A stretch of DNA of 64,000 nt from Macrostomum lignano (lineage: Eukaryota), in assembly GCA_002269645.1 (NCBI GenBank), contig NIVC01000275.1, positions 362,327 through 426,326 on the forward strand. The letters run 5' to 3'. The notes beneath the pieces are model-generated. The model was not told the DNA's origin. It did no database searches and was given only the letters and a program-made list of their open reading frames with translations. Position 1 is the stretch's first letter, and every line of letters starts with the position of its first letter. The translations under genes and the position numbers were made by a program. This document shows positions 63,401 through 64,000 of the stretch, piece by piece.

Positions 63401-63886
63401 ATCTATCTCTTATATTTGATCGCAGGCCCCTTCCATACTGCATGCAATTATAGTTGGAGCAGCACCTAAGCGCACAATTGAAATTAAAATTAGTTGAATA
63501 TCTCTCCTCTTTCCTCGCAGGCCCCTTTTTATGCTGCATGCAATCAAGGACTACTTAACAACTCAGGACGCTACACTCGCGAATGGTAGAAATTCTAGAA
63601 AAGGCCGCTTGCTTTAGCTGTGTCTATGGTTTTTAAATAAGCCTTTTGGATAAAGAAGCAAGTACTAAGTGATAGATAATTATAAAAGTTTTGCGCTATA
63701 ATAATTATTTTTTACAGTTATACAAACAATAAAAAATATGCAAATGTTCCCAGCATAAGAATTGTAAATGACAATTGAAAAGTACGATATGCAACGAATC
63801 GGAAAACTCCGTACATAACTGTATAAGGAAAACATAGATGGCTATAACAAAGTTTGAAAATATGCACGTCCTACTTACTCGTACAC

Positions 63887-64000
63887 ACTCACTCATTCAC
63901 TCACTCACTCACTCACTCACTCACCGGTGAAGTGGGAGCAGCGTTCACAGCATTTGCTGCCCGACATTTGAATCAGCGCGGCGGGGCAGCGGTCTCCGTC
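63887..64000 (-). other. Paralogous copy of the exon end, donor and (GAGT)n tract found at 54927-55050; runs off the window end
   Basis: About 90% identity over the first ~55 nt with 54989-55045, including the same CCG|GTGAGT donor. Confidence 0.85.

Overview
Eukaryotic (animal) genomic DNA, not prokaryotic. It has spliceosomal introns, GC-rich Ala/Gln-rich exons in AT-rich spacers, and many minisatellites. The style suggests a flatworm such as Macrostomum, but that is inference. The first ~40 kb holds host genes separated by at least eight tandem arrays: a divergent mitochondrial-type malate dehydrogenase, lambda-crystallin/CRYL1, a calumenin/reticulocalbin, a four-LIM paxillin-like gene, UBE2H with a U12-type first intron, and three unidentified ORFs. 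The last ~24 kb is a nest of mobile DNA: two MITEs, THAP/P-element-like pieces, three Crypton (DUF3504-type) tyrosine-recombinase remnants, a DD34D mariner, and an Ingi-like LINE. The LINE has a candidate 5' HDV-like ribozyme, a 2A-like peptide and PHD fingers, and sits in frame inside a polyQ CAG tract. The strongest novelty candidate is a pair of paralogous, intron-containing genes for a second, non-DUF3504 tyrosine recombinase with an N-terminal Zn-finger-like region. They are embedded in a region enriched for the octamer CCATAGAC. Most long ORFs over the arrays in the supplied track are repeat artefacts. Several genes carry single-base frameshifts, which may be long-read consensus errors or true decay. 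All motif assignments were made by eye; no database searches were run.
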